Source of the DNA: the human T2T-CHM13v2.0 reference genome, Homo sapiens
Direction: 5' to 3' (one strand)
NCBI RefSeq assembly: GCF_009914755.1
Contig: NC_060931.1
DNA length: 64,000 bases
Of the stretch, positions 28,517-43,153 are shown one piece after another. Made by a program: the position numbers and the translations under genes. The notes under the pieces are model-generated. The model searched no databases. It was not told the DNA's origin and worked only from the letters and a program-made list of their open reading frames with translations. How positions within the stretch are numbered: position 1 is the stretch's first letter; each line of letters opens with the position of its first letter.

Positions 28517-28555
28517 TAGATAGATAGACAGACAGATAGATAGATAGATAGATAG
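28517..28555. repeat. Compound (TAGA)n(CAGA)n tetranucleotide microsatellite
   Basis: TAGATAGATAGACAGACAGATAGATAGATAGATAGATAG. Confidence 0.92.
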
Positions 28556-28930
28556 CAGTTGTTCATCTCACAAGGTCTCAAAATACCTATGATGGAAATC
28601 CTCATCTCTTTCCAGGGAGAAACATGTCTGAGTCCTTCTGCCAAGGCCTTGATTACTTATATTTTCAAATGTCCTCTGTTTACTAGCCCTTCCTCTTATA
28701 GTTAGAAATTTCTTCCATCTTAATAAATTTCTTCTCATTACCGTAGTCTCTACACATTTTCACTTAATGTTTTACTTCTTTTGAATAACCACCAAAGTAC
28801 TGAATCAGCAGTTCAACTGTTTTTCATTTTTTAATATCTCTCTTTCCTCAGCACTCAGAATCTACATTCTGCGTGCATTATTCCAAGGCAATAATTGTTC
28901 AAAGATTTCACCTGCTTATAATTACTTTAG

Positions 28931-29241
<311 letters not shown>

Positions 29242-30049
29242 TTTTTTTGTAACTATTTAGCTTTGAAAGCTTAGGCTCCATTGACCCTTATTCCTTAAAA
29301 CTCGTTTCTGAAGCTTCTTATTGCATTCTTGTCAGTGTTAGAATTTGCTGAGGTTTCATCCTTGGATTTCTGTTTGGAATGACTTTTCTTCTCCCTGTTA
29401 AACACCTGTTCAACTTCTGAGAATCAACTAAAATTGAACCTATATAAAACTATCCTGCCGTTCCTCCCTCTGTCCCTCCCACTTTTCCTCCCTCTTTCCC
29501 TTCCTTCCTTTTCCCATAAAACATATAACTTTATTCCTAACATATATTACAATATAATTATATACTTTTTCCTCTATATATTTTGTATGCCACTGTTATT
29601 CTTCCAGGGACAAGGTCCGTACCTGATATATAGTGAACACTCAGCAGTAATGAATAAAGAATGAATGGATTAATTAATTAATGGTAGGTCCTGGGCATGG
29701 CTGATGATCTAAAAATGTTACTCATACTTTGACATAATTTTCAATTCAAATACTCATATTCCTAGTTTTCCTCATCTTTAAACTCAAAAAAATGTAACTA
29801 GAATTCCTTTTAAGCTCAGGAGAGACAGAAAACAGAAATTAACACAAATAACAGTTTTCCTTTATTGAACTCTTAATTTTACAACAATCCTGACAATAAA
29901 GTAATGCTAGCCATATTTTTTCAGCCTAAGCAATGTTAAAAATGTCATGTGCCTGAGGTTGCATCACAAGCGACTTGCAGAACACAAAGTGGAACTCAAA
30001 TATTTCATCCCAAAATTGTGCATTAAGTTATAATGAAGTGACGATGTAA

Positions 30050-30430
30050 GAGAAGGTTGCTTTGAGGAGCTGACATTTAAGCTGAGCTCTGAAGAATGAA
30101 GAGCATGCCTGGGAAGATATGGAGAAAGAACGTTCTAGGCAGAAAACAGAACCAATACAACGACCTAAATTAAAATAGCATGTTTAATAGGTTTAAGAAT
30201 GAAGAAGTAAATGAAAGAACGAAAGAACTCCTTGAGTGAAATAATGACAGAGGTAGGCAAGAAATACATCACTTGGAACTTTAAATTTCATGGTACAAAT
30301 TTACATTTTCCTCCAATTGCCACAGAAATCCATAAAAAAGTTTTAAGCTAAATAGTAATATGATCTGTATTTTGTTTTCAAAAGATCATTGTAATTGATG
30401 CATAGAAATTAGCTTAGAGAGAACAGATAT
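30050..30430 (-). mobile_element. L2 relic
   Basis: GAGGAGCTGACATTTAAGCTGAGCTCTGAAGAATGA...GTTCTAGGCAGA is typical of antisense L2; boundaries approximate. Confidence 0.6.
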
Positions 30431-30893
30431 CAAAGACGGGGAAAGTTAGGAATAACTAAGAAATATATGAAAGTCATATTTAGTTGGTTTTGGAAGACAG
30501 AGGTATGAGAAAATAAACTTTTCATAATATAGTCGGTATCTTTTTAATTTTCTGAATCAGGAGCATGTATTCCTATCAGTGTAATAAAGAAAGATACGTT
30601 TAAAGTAGGAAGAATTGCTTCAAGGCCACGTGACTATACAGAAGTTTTCTCTGGAAACAGGGACCTATGTGAGGAGTAAACATAAAGACCCAGAGAGTGT
30701 CACATAAAATCTTCTGTATGGCCCCAAAAGATAAAAAGACTTAAGGATAAAAAGTCCTGAAGATTTTACTCTACCATTATTGAATTCTATAATTATACAT
30801 AAATGTGTCTGGATTTCATGCAACATTAAGCAAATAACCTAAATTTTTCTAGTATCAGTTTCATGTATATTAATTAGGAAGATTATATACAAC

Positions 30894-31088
30894 CAGTGTT
30901 TTCTAATTGATTCTGGGAGTCCTAAATATTCTGTGGGAATAGCAGGATCTTCAAACTGGATAAGGATTGACTATATTGGCAAAGATCCTCATCCATACCC
31001 CAATCAAATAACTCATTTTTTTCTCTTGTATATGTTAGACATATAATACCTCATTTGAATGAGGCTAAAGAACATTGAAAACCAACTG
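30894..31088. mobile_element. Possible hAT-Charlie MITE (MER-type)
   Basis: Imperfect termini CAGTGTTTTCTAA ... TTGAAAACCAACTG about 195 bp apart. Confidence 0.35.
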
Positions 31089-31259
31089 CTAAATTATCTG
31101 AGGTTACTTTTAGATACAATGTTATGTAGATCTATTATTGACTTTCTTTTCTGATTTTTTGTATTTATTCATATGTGTTCTTCTGTATGCTATTACCACA
31201 TACATAAAGAAAATTTCCATTTTGTATTTCTAATATAGTCTTGCTTTCTAAATGTGGAT

Positions 31260-31710
31260 GATTATTTCTAACTGCAAATGTTTATCTGAAAATTTCAAAA
31301 ATATCCCAAACTCAACATACAACAAATAAAATACTTGATTTCTCTTTATTTAATTTTTATTACATAAGCCGGAGATCCAGAAAAGTAATTCTATATTTTT
31401 CATTTGCCTCATTTCAATGTACATCCTTGGGCCCTATATTCTACCTCCTAAATATCTACCAAATCTACTCTACTAATTTTGACTACTTATTGCCTTCATT
31501 ACAAGCATCAACATTTCTTTGGAGGGTATTAAATAGCTTCCTGAAGAACTTCTTGCCTCTAATTTCCTCCTCTTCCCCAATACCTTTATCCCAACTTTAT
31601 CCCAAAACTATCTTCTGTATGAAGCTGCTCATTTTTATTTCCTTATAATGGCTTCACAATTTATCCAGGACACACTTCATACCTTGACATAGCTGACACC
31701 TCAGGTATTC
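31260..31710 (+). mobile_element. L2 relic
   Basis: CCCAAACTCAACAT...TTGATTTCTC and AATAGCTTCCT...TTGCCTCT L2-like motifs; boundaries approximate. Confidence 0.5.
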
Positions 31711-31834
31711 ATCACTCACTCCATGCCAATCACATTTTTTAATGTGATTGTTTTAATGCAAATCCAGTATTTGCAACAAGTTAGTCTGTGACATAATCAA
31801 AATGCAACTTAGTTTTTGTCTCCAACTACTTTTC

Positions 31835-32162
31835 TTTTTTGTTGTTGTTAGGTTTTTTGTTTGTTTGTTTGTTTGCTTTTGAGACGGAGTTTTGCTCTTG
31901 TCACCCAGGCTGGAGTGCAGCGGCGGATCTCAGCTCACTGCAACCTCCGCCTCCCTGGTTCAAGCGATTCTCCTGCCTTAGCCTCCTGAGTAGCTGGGAT
32001 TACAGGCGCCTGCCACCACACCCGGCTAATTTTTGTATTTTTAGTAGAGACAGGGTTTCACTACGTTGGCCAGGCTGGTCTCGAACTCCTGACCTCAGGT
32101 GATCCACCCGCCTCAGCCTCCCAAAGTGCTGGGATTACAGGTGTGAGCCGCCGCACCCAGCC
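31835..32162 (-). mobile_element. AluSq/Sx-like SINE with (GTTT)n tail
   Basis: Reverse Alu; TSD TCCAACTA(C/A)TTTT. Confidence 0.94.
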
Positions 32163-32930
32163 TCCAACTAATTTTGAAAAATGTTTTTAAATGAAGATTA
32201 TATTTCCTTATCCATGGAAGCAAATTCTAGCAGGCCTATGAATTCTCTGCTCTTTCTTAAGTAAGAGATAGTTCTATGATCACTAAAAGCCAAAAACACA
32301 GCCTCAATTTCGTATTAGCATATAAATCTCCATCCAAGATGAACCTGACTTACCATCAGATCTTCTCCCATATGCCTGCACAGGCCAACCTCAGGCTGGA
32401 AGATTAGATGGTACCCTGGACTTGGAAGAAGCTAGAAGTCGGTTGTTTCTACTGGGGTGACTTTGTGAGTGAGTCCCTAGCTGGGATCCTCTCCTACCTG
32501 TAGTTCCCCTTTGTGAGCTTGAGTTGATAGAGGTAGCACCACTTTATCCCTCACTTTAATAGGAATAGATGCCTACAGGTTGGCAACTACTCTTTTCAAA
32601 GAAAGTTCTTCATAAACTTTCCTCCTCAGTCTTCTCTCTCAGCCCATAAATAGTTTCAAACTGGATTATTAGTGTTCAGAAATTTCCCTCATACATCTGC
32701 ATGTGATGATTCAGTATGTCAGTTTTAAATTTAACTTTTTCGGGATTTTGGTATGTAGTTGAAGTTTCAATATCAGTATGCATGGTCTGATTTACTCTTT
32801 AGCACAACCCCATAAGAGAAAAAAAACCTAATCATCTTTATGCACTTGTGGAAACTGAGGTTAAGATGAATTAAATATATTTTCCTAAGTTGTAGACTTC
32901 ATAAATGATTAAAGTAGAAATCAATTCCAG

Positions 32931-33239
<309 letters not shown>

Positions 33240-36226
33240 TTCAATTCCAGGCACTGTACTTTTGTCCACGACCCTAAACACTGAACTACGACTTCCTATC
33301 CAATTTCTTTATGATCTTGCCTGTCTACTTTTAAAGCTATTTTCCCGTTTTCAATGCATCCCAACATCATTAACTTTCTGAGAACTCTTTTCATTTACCA
33401 ACCTTTCCTCACCTCCTGCCTTCACACAGACCATTTTCTCTACCAGAAACAGCCTTCCTTTTTATTTCCTTTGATAGAAAATACCTAATGAATTCTTGTT
33501 CAAGACAACTTTCTTAACCTCACCAAAAGACTTAAAGCATTTCCTTCAACATGCCTGTGTATAACATTATTATAGTATTTTTATATTTTCTAATACTCTG
33601 TTTACATTTCTGTCTTGCCTGCTTTAACTCTGGGCCCAAGGCAGAGACTGTTTTTATTTATCAAGCCCTACCAAGCAAAATGTTTGTTGAATGAATAAGT
33701 GATAGACTGTACGTAGGCTCCCACTAATGAGATTAAATGCTGCTAAAAATTCTAGAGAGTAAATCCTTGGAAATAATCTAGTCCAACGAACTCATTGAAG
33801 AGTCTGGAAAATTTAAAACGAGGGAGGAAAAGTTACTTGTTGGTAGCATCCACTACTGTATTTTTAAATTGGAACACTCTCTTCCCCCCACATTTTGGGA
33901 TATTTTGCATTTCTTACTTGTGCAAAGTTTTCATTGTGCAAAATCATGTGGCACAATGCCAGTATGCAGAGCCCTTTTCCCCATCTTCCTAAGACCTAGC
34001 AGATGTGACCAGTCTGTGCCAGGACCACCTGGGACTCATTCCTAAGTGGTAAGACGGTCTTATTTATGTAATGGTTATAACTACACTCCATAGCAGGTGC
34101 CTAGTTTACTGCATTTAAGGTCATTACAAAAGCACTTTGTGAGGTTTTTAGATGCCATAAAGTTTTGATCTTTTTTTTAAATATTTCTGTCACACTAGTC
34201 ACACCAACAACGTTAACTTGGAATGCTCCTTCTCCTTGTTGTTATCAACTATTAAAGTCAATGGTTTTTGATATCTGTAACTTTTACCACGAGTCCTCTT
34301 TAGAGCTAATGTATAAATTCTGAATGAGTAAACTAAGGAACTCATGTTAATATCAGTCAAGAAGAATGAATTAAAAATAGGTGTGAGACAAAGAGATTTC
34401 TTACCTTCATGTTCAGTATAAATTGGTGCTAAACGATCTGATTTCCAGGTTTTCTAATAAAGATTTATAAGTATTAGATTTATATCAAGAATAGTTTTTA
34501 TTTTCTTTTTTTTTTAGAAAAATGATTCTCTTTAGTAAAATACTCTTATTTCATAACAGCTAGGTCAATCTTAGTGTTAAATTTTAGTTTTCAAGTATTG
34601 CTTGTGGTTATATAGTTAACTATATATAGTAAAAGCATAGGTGATTTTCTCTTTTTTTATTTTATTTCAGGAAAAGTAAATAAAATGGTGAAAATGTAAA
34701 GAAATTTTTTGATCCGCTGAGGATAGAAAATTGATGATTTCATTTATAAAACAGAATAGGCTGAACTGAAAAGCATGCCACGTGTTTTAAAAGTACTGTC
34801 CATGTTTTACGTTTTGATATTTTTGAATAATAAACTGTCTATTCCTTTCTAGGAAAGAGAATGTGTGCTTATGCATATGAATAGCTAAATGATGTAATAT
34901 TACTTCCTGTCTTTGGGAGACCTTCGCTCTTGTTAGTACTGCTATCCCATTCAACTGTAACCCTGTATAAGCTTTAAAGAATGTTTTTAGTCATGGACCT
35001 TCACCTTCCAGTGATTTCATCCAGATATAGTTTCCATAAGTTTTACTGGTTTAAACAGAAGAAAAGAGTAGACCATCTGAACAAAATAAAATGTCACCAT
35101 TAAATTGGTTTTTGTAGCTTAAGGTATAGTGTAATGATATTTTTCCAGCAGCTGCTTTCACTTGGATTTAAAGTTTAGAGAAAGCTTTGCATCTGATACA
35201 AAATAATAAAGTGCAGGTTGAGTTACTTCCTTCTTTTGTGTTCCAAAACATAAGGAATATTTCTGTGCTTTTTCCATGGTGACTTAAGATCATTAAGATT
35301 TTTTCTGTTAACCTAAATCATTGTCCACATGTGCTTAATGAAGTATATGTAAAAAATGCTTTTGAAGAAAGTAAAATCATTCTTCTAATGAATATTAAGA
35401 GTGACATGGATCAATTTCTATTATTTCTCACATACAATTTACTTTAGTTTACAAAATGGTTTAATTACTAATGTAAAATGAGATGTCTTCGTGATAAATC
35501 TATTGTAATTTCCAAGAGGTAAGGAGTTCTTACATATAATAAGACTAATGAACTTTAGTTCCAAATCATGTTGATAGTTGGTTCTATTCATGAAGAATAT
35601 AAATGTTAGAAAAGTGTAAACACTTAATAAAATATGAAATAATGGTTATGTGTTATTAGATTTTTTAATTGTTAATGAAATAAAAAGGATAAAATGAAAG
35701 AAAATCATTAAATATTCTAAATAAAAATTAATTTGGAAATGCTTTTATCAGTTCTATCATTAGTACAGGGAATATGTATTCACCAATTACTAAATTTATT
35801 GGTAGATAATCTAACAAAGAATGAAAAGGAGAGAAAACTTGTTAGGAGATTTCTTAAGTGCTTGGGATTCTACTATACTTATAATTTTAAAGAATTTGTA
35901 AACCCTCTTTTGTTTCCATTATCAGAAGTTTCAAGGTCAGAATTAAATAAGGAGAAGTGTTTTCCTTCAAAACAATATTCTTAACAAACCTCATTTTTAT
36001 TTTCTATTAATTTGGCCAAATTTATCTTCCTAATCAAAAATATATTTTATTCTAGATTTGAACTAAGCTATATGATGAAGCATTTCTGGAGACATAAATG
36101 ATTCTGTGAACAGAAGAAGACAGTAACAGTTGTATAGCATTGCTAAAACAAACAAATTGATAAAACAAATTCTGGAAAGGGAGAAGATGGGAGAGTACAG
36201 ACTGTGCCTTTGTGCATGGGTCTTAC

Positions 36227-36292
36227 CTTTGCCGTGCCCTAGTGGTTTAACTTGAAGCGTAATGAATGTAAAACTGTGACTGTCAGTTGATG
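36227..36292 (-). other. Candidate 66-nt exon of an unannotated or non-coding minus-strand transcript
   Basis: Acceptor CCTTACTTTTTTAG and donor AAG|GTAAGA; splice signals only, no transcript evidence. Confidence 0.3.
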
Positions 36293-38830
36293 CTAAAAAA
36301 GTAAGGCTCATATACAGATCATGGCTAATACTTACTTACTTACGGTATATAGCAAGGTTTATACACACAAATCCCAGAACTCTTCTCCAATTATCTTTTT
36401 TTTTTAACACTTCTCTTTTAGCAATAGTCCTTAGCATTAGCTCTAGAAGAATACTCTAAAAGAATAAAAGCTGGCCCAGCTCAACCTCGTCCCCATTCAC
36501 CCATTAGGCTGCCTAAGATTTTGATTCTTTCTCCTTATAGACTGTACTTGACATCTTTTTTTAAATAATTGGATTTCACATGTAAAGTTATTTGGGTCAG
36601 AGGGAAAAATAGATTATGATTCTCTACTGGCTTGCAACCAGTAAAGATGGGAACTCTGAGAGTAGACAGGAATAAAAGAGAGATGGGCCTATTTTAACAG
36701 CTTTCCAAAAAGCAAATACACTGAAATGGGGAATTAGGATATTTTAATTATGTATTTCAGCAAAAACTTTGAGGTTCATAACCAGCAATACACAAATAGA
36801 CTGCTTTTTGAAGCCTATTAAACACAGACTAAGTCATTTCCCCCCATCTTCTGTAATGTTTCTTTTCTGTCCTTGATCATAAGCATTAATCCTTATGAGT
36901 GGCCTTGCAGGTAAACTGATATAAACTATGTTGTTGGTTCCCACACCCCCAACAGTTTTTCTGGTTAGCAATCAGAGTGACTGCTTAACTCAATATCATT
37001 TTAAAAGGCTGACAATTTTTCTGATTCATCATATTTATATTTCACTTATTAAACAGACACATAAAGCTTTAAAAGGACGTAAGGACATCCCTAAAGGAGA
37101 TATTTAAGTATCTTTTTTCAGTGCAAGATTTTTAATGAAATGTTGGAAATGTTGCTTAATGTAATACATCTTGTCTTTCTATGGCATAACTAAACACGTC
37201 TATGCGGGAAGAATCAAAAGACCTTGAAATTTACAGTGATGTTAAAAAAGCAAACCTTAGATTTGTGAGACAATAATACCAGGTTTTTGAGGGACAAAAA
37301 TAGAAATTGTGTTAGCAACCTATCCCAATGGCTTTATATCCTCATGAGAGAAAGAGAGAATGAAAGCGTTATGAAATCTAGACCTGGAATTGCTAGAGTG
37401 CAACAAAATCCCCAATTCCCCCAACCAAAAAGAAACAGTCTAAACCATCCATATTTCTATGCATATTTTTCTTGGTTTCTAGGGAAACATACTTTTATAC
37501 ATAAGGCTGGCTGGGGAAATCTTTTTTTAGATCCCTTATTCCAATACAAATTTGCTGCTTCTAATTGTAAAAAGCACATTAGGATTAGTGGATCTTCAAA
37601 TCATCTGACTTTCAGGTTTTTTTTTTTCTTTTGGTATCTTAGGTTAATGCCCATGATTATTATTAATTGCATTGACCTGACACTGATCGCTAACCAAATT
37701 TAATACAGTTTTAAGAGACTAACTCAATGAATAAATAGTACATATCTCTGAGGATTACTTAACCTAAAATGAGTGTCCAGTCTATAATAAAATATTAATA
37801 TATATGGCTATAATAGAAAAGCAGGCATGTGTGAGTGTATGTGATTACATGTCCATATAAGTAAAAGAGAAAAATGATAATATTGTTCATGAACTGAGGA
37901 AAAGTTAGGTTAGAGTCAAGAGATACAATGACAAACATGAGTTATATTTTCCCACTCCCCCACTCGAACACATGCTTCAGAAATATGCAGAAATTTTGAG
38001 GAAGACTTTGGTCTTTCATGGGATGTGGGTTGGGACAAGGAGGAGCTGAGGTAAAGATGTAGATCTTAAATTGCAAGGAGAGCTTAACTAACATCTTCAT
38101 TATTAGACAAATAGGCTAAAACGCATTAGTGCTTCGTGCTTCGTATTGTATTATGTGTATTGTATTTGTATCATGAAGCTCCCAATGTTTGTTCCATTTT
38201 TCAATCTGTATTTTGTGTGTCTTGTTTTCTGTTTTTCAGCTAAAACATGTCACCACATTTCTATCAGATACAATGTTCAATGTTTCTCAAATTTCAAAAC
38301 ACCTTTAAATATTTTAGAGCTAAATAAAATCTTCTGTTAAAAGTAAACTTATATGTCGCACAGGATCATATTAGAGGAACTCAATCAGAAAACAATATCC
38401 TGCTCTTAAACTGTTAGCATTACATAATTTACCATATTATTTCAGAAGAACATAATCCCACTAAACCAAATCGATCCATATAATCATATCAATAGCTTAT
38501 GTTAAGGAAAAATAACATTCAAACAAAAGGAAACATTGACATTTAAGAAGTAGTATTACCTCCCAAAGTGGCAGATGATATAATTAACAACAGCTTTTAA
38601 TACTGCTATTAGTTTAGAGAGATCGTCATGTGACAGCATTAGTGGCATTAAAAACGGTACTGTATATTCGGTGTTCCAAAACTTGATTTTGGAATTAGGT
38701 CTAGGTCTAAATTACAGCTCTGCCACTAAATCTAGATAAGAAACTCTATAATTTACTTAATCTCTTTGGAATACCATACATAAAATTGCTTCAGAGAAGT
38801 ATTGTTTGGGCTTAATGGGAAAAAAGAAAT

Positions 38831-38831
<1 letters not shown>

Positions 38832-38868
<37 letters not shown>
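38832..38868. repeat. (GT)n microsatellite
   Basis: About 18 uninterrupted GT units. Confidence 0.97.
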
Positions 38869-38872
<4 letters not shown>

Positions 38873-39066
38873 CTACATACTTCTTAAGTATTAGTTTCCT
38901 TCTTTGTTATTTCCTCTGAAGGTTTTATTATAAATTTTTGTGTTTAGTCACTTTTTTATTCTCTATAACTATAACTTTAAAATGAATAAAATTATTCACA
39001 GGAACAAAGAATTGGGAAATATTAAAATGTCATCTATAGATAAATCTTATATACTTTATATTTTTG

Positions 39067-39382
<316 letters not shown>

Positions 39383-39607
39383 TAAATATTTTAATTTCTA
39401 TGGAATAGTTAAATATAAATATCTGATAAATCAGACTGCACAGAAACTAACAAAAACATTTTAAATAATGACTAGGAGCCTCAAAATTATAGAAATAATA
39501 CTAAACATTGGTTCTAAGAGTAAAATTTTAAATTAAGAACATTAAAAAGACAAATATTAACAACACTGTGCTGAGTCAGGAATGAGTTATAGTTCTATTT
39601 TCCATAC

Positions 39608-39738
39608 CTTTATTGAGCAAAAGACCAGATCCCTGAGCCGCACATAAGTCAGGATCTTGTTGAAGATCTGAATCAGTTCCAAACCCTCCATGGCTGTGTG
39701 TTTTCCATCACTGCAACAATGGCTTTCGGTCTCATCTA
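39608..39738 (-). other. Candidate 131-nt exon
   Basis: Acceptor TTCTCCCACTTCTTAG(TAG) and donor AAG|GTATGG; locally raised GC; one open frame. Confidence 0.25.
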
Positions 39739-41767
39739 CTAAGAAGTGGGAGAATCCTAACTCTTTCAATTTTCTTATCTCTCAGCCTTGGAAATAAGTT
39801 TCTTTCTGTTTTATCTGACTATAACATAATATTACAAAATTATATGATTAGAGAAAAGAGCTAAACCTGAACTTTGCTAGAGAAAACAGTCTATTATTTT
39901 AAGTGAGAAAACGAATAAAAAGATGCAAATTGTATTTCAAAAACAGCATTACATAGAAACTTCACCTAGGACAAGCCTTCTTGTGTAGTGAAGACAGACT
40001 TTGAAAAAAGCGAATCTGAGGCTTGTTCCTAAGACAGGTTGTTTCCCAGATAGGAAAATTACTGTATGAGAAATTCTGCTCCCCTACGCAGATTGTGTAG
40101 TTCCCTCCTTTGACAGTATGTTGAGGACTGCTCCTTTTTTTTTCTCTCTCTCCCAGAGTAACATTTGAAATCATTTTGAAATACTTAATGACTACTCCTC
40201 TTTGTAGCAGCTTTTACACTTGACACTGTATCCTCTAGGTAGGTGTAATGAGGAAGATGACTCTTTTTCCCCATCAGGAGTGTAAGAGCTGATGGGTCCA
40301 GAGCCCAAAGAAGGGAGCTGAGTTATTACTACCTGACAGTTTTATAGAGTGCTTCCTCTGCAGAGTGTGAGGCACATCATAAACTGTTAATTAATAGCCG
40401 GTATTCTTCAATACACCCCTAGAGATCAGAACTGCTGATGATGATCCTAACACCCTTGCTTCTACCTGAGAAAAAATAAGCCCCATACACAGTAAAAATG
40501 GAGAGAAAATACAAAGGACCAGTAGGAATAAATGTTTATATTTAGTCAGAAGAATTGTCTCTCTATTTTAGGGGATCAGAACGCTTTGGAGAAATATTAG
40601 AGGTTTAAAAAAAAAGTGAAGAGAAACTATAAAGAGAGAAAACTATTTAAACGCCTAAGAAAAGAGAAGGAAATAGGATGAAGAAAAAAAAGTGAAACAT
40701 CTGTGACATCATTCTTCTTACCTAAGGCCTCAGATGGGCTGGAGGCACCAGAGTTCTTGCTCCCCCTTCTCCCCCCACCCCCAAGAGTGCCGGGTCCCAG
40801 GAGTGCAGGGGCTGGGAAAGAGGGGAGTGGTACAGCCCATCTCATACTCCCTGGTGAATGTGTGTTTTGTTTTTTTTTTAACTATACATATTCAACCTGA
40901 AATTTCTTAACAATAATGGATTGTTAGAGAGAGAGAGTCTGTTTTTGTAGTTGGTTTGTTTTTTCTGTCTGCTTATATGTTTGTTTGTTCATTCTGTGTC
41001 AGGGTGTCTGTGAATGTGATGAGTGCTTGTGCTGTTTCCTTGTCATTGCTTTTGGAGTGGTGGTGGTTTGTTTGGTTGCTGTTTTAAGGTTAAAAAATTC
41101 ATAGGAAACAGATAGAATTTCCTTAAATTTTTAACATTTGAGAAAATCTCAAGTGAGAAAAGCAGCCATACAGATGTTAGAGCAGACTTTATTGGGGTAC
41201 GTTTTACACGCTCACCTAAATCTATTATATAAAAATATGATCACAAAATGAATTTCAAGGGCAGATTTTTAAAAAGAAAATTCACATAACATGCAACCTG
41301 GTGGTTTAATTGGAAAGTCGGAGGTGCCCCTATTTGCTTCACTTTTTTTTCCAGTATAGCATTAGTAACTAGTGCTGAGCAAATAATTTGTTAACTTACA
41401 GATGATGAGTACAGGAATATGGGTTTACTTACAGAACTCCAGACTACCTGTGGCACTTGTTTCTGCTTTCATCCCTAGACACTTGGATCAAAGCAAATTA
41501 TTCCCTATAGAATAGTCTCAACCTTTGCAGTTCTCCCTAAAATGTTTCAGCATTATTTTTTTGGACTGGTTTTGTTGTCATGGTAGACTTAATCTTTAGT
41601 TTTCACATGAATCTAGATTAAGATACATCTTAGTAAAACATACAAATAAAGCCAGTTTTGCAGGAAAGATACAATATGCATGATGATAGTTTTCAATTTC
41701 CATAAAAGTTTTATATTTCCTTAGAACTTAGAGATAAGATAAAGAAAGTTGTTTAAAAATTTTTTTT

Positions 41768-42071
41768 GGCCAGGTGCGGTGGCTCATGCCTGTAGTCCCA
41801 GCACTTTGGGAGGCCAAGGCAGGTGGATCATGAGGTCAGGAGTTCGAGAGCAGCCTGACCAATGTGGTGAAACCCCGTCTCTACTAAAAATACAAACAAA
41901 ATTAGTCAGGCGTGGTGGCGTGCACCTGTAATCCCAGCTACTCAGGAGGGCTGAGGCAGGAGAATCGCTTCAACCCGGGAGGCGGAGGTTGCAGTGAGCC
42001 GAGATCGCACCACTGCACTCCAGCCTGGGTGACAGAGCAAGACTCCATCTCAAAAAAAAAAAAAAGAAAAG
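41768..42071 (+). mobile_element. AluSg-like SINE
   Basis: GGATCATGAGGTCAGGAGTTCGAG; TSD AAAAATTTTTTTT. Confidence 0.93.
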
Positions 42072-42754
42072 AAAAAATTTTTTTTCAATGTGTCTTAGTT
42101 GTCGTCTAAATGTAGAGCCAAACACCCATGTAGAGTCTGCAAAATAATGCAGTAGAGTAGTAACACTTGAAGATAGTTTCATTAAATTAGACTGACAGTG
42201 CTTAATTGAAACAACATCCAACAAATAGCATGAATGCCTACAACATTGTAGGCATTCAAGTGCCTAAAAGTATATAAAATTCTATCATTTATAAATACTG
42301 AATGTATTGTGTTGCTATTACCTAGAAAAATAAGATATTAAAATCTTGTATTCCTTAGATGTAATAATTAAAACGGATAAATTAACCAAAAAGTGATAAA
42401 GTAGAAAAATATAGTTAGAAAACGCACAAATTATTGATTCCAGATTCTTACATTGTAGCTGAAAATCTAACGCAAGAAACAAACTTGCACAATATCAATA
42501 ATTTGCTCTTCACTGTGCTGACATTAAGTTGACTATTTCTTGTAACTTAGAGACATAACTACGATTATTAATAATTCTTAGCCATGTTCTGAAGAAAAAA
42601 ATAATAAGATAACATTTTGATCAGTTTTCCAGTATTTAATTAACCTCTTTTATAACACTTAACACTTGTGCTAAAGGAAAGAGACTTATCTTACTTCTAG
42701 TTGTTCCTCTGTAGAGTAAAAAGCAGTATGGTAGAGTATATGCCATGTGTTTGT

Positions 42755-42788
42755 TAAAAAAAAAAAATATATATATATATATATTTTT
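42755..42788. repeat. (A)n(TA)n simple repeat
   Basis: A-run followed by an AT dinucleotide run. Confidence 0.85.
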
Positions 42789-42847
42789 CAAAAAAAATCC
42801 TTTATATGTTTACATCACTATTTCAACAATTAAAATGACTTAAAATA

Positions 42848-43153
<306 letters not shown>

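Noticed and set aside
37287-37703. 138-aa ORF in unique sequence
   Set aside because: Non-ATG start, composition driven by AT-rich DNA (poly-F), and no recognisable domain or splice support.
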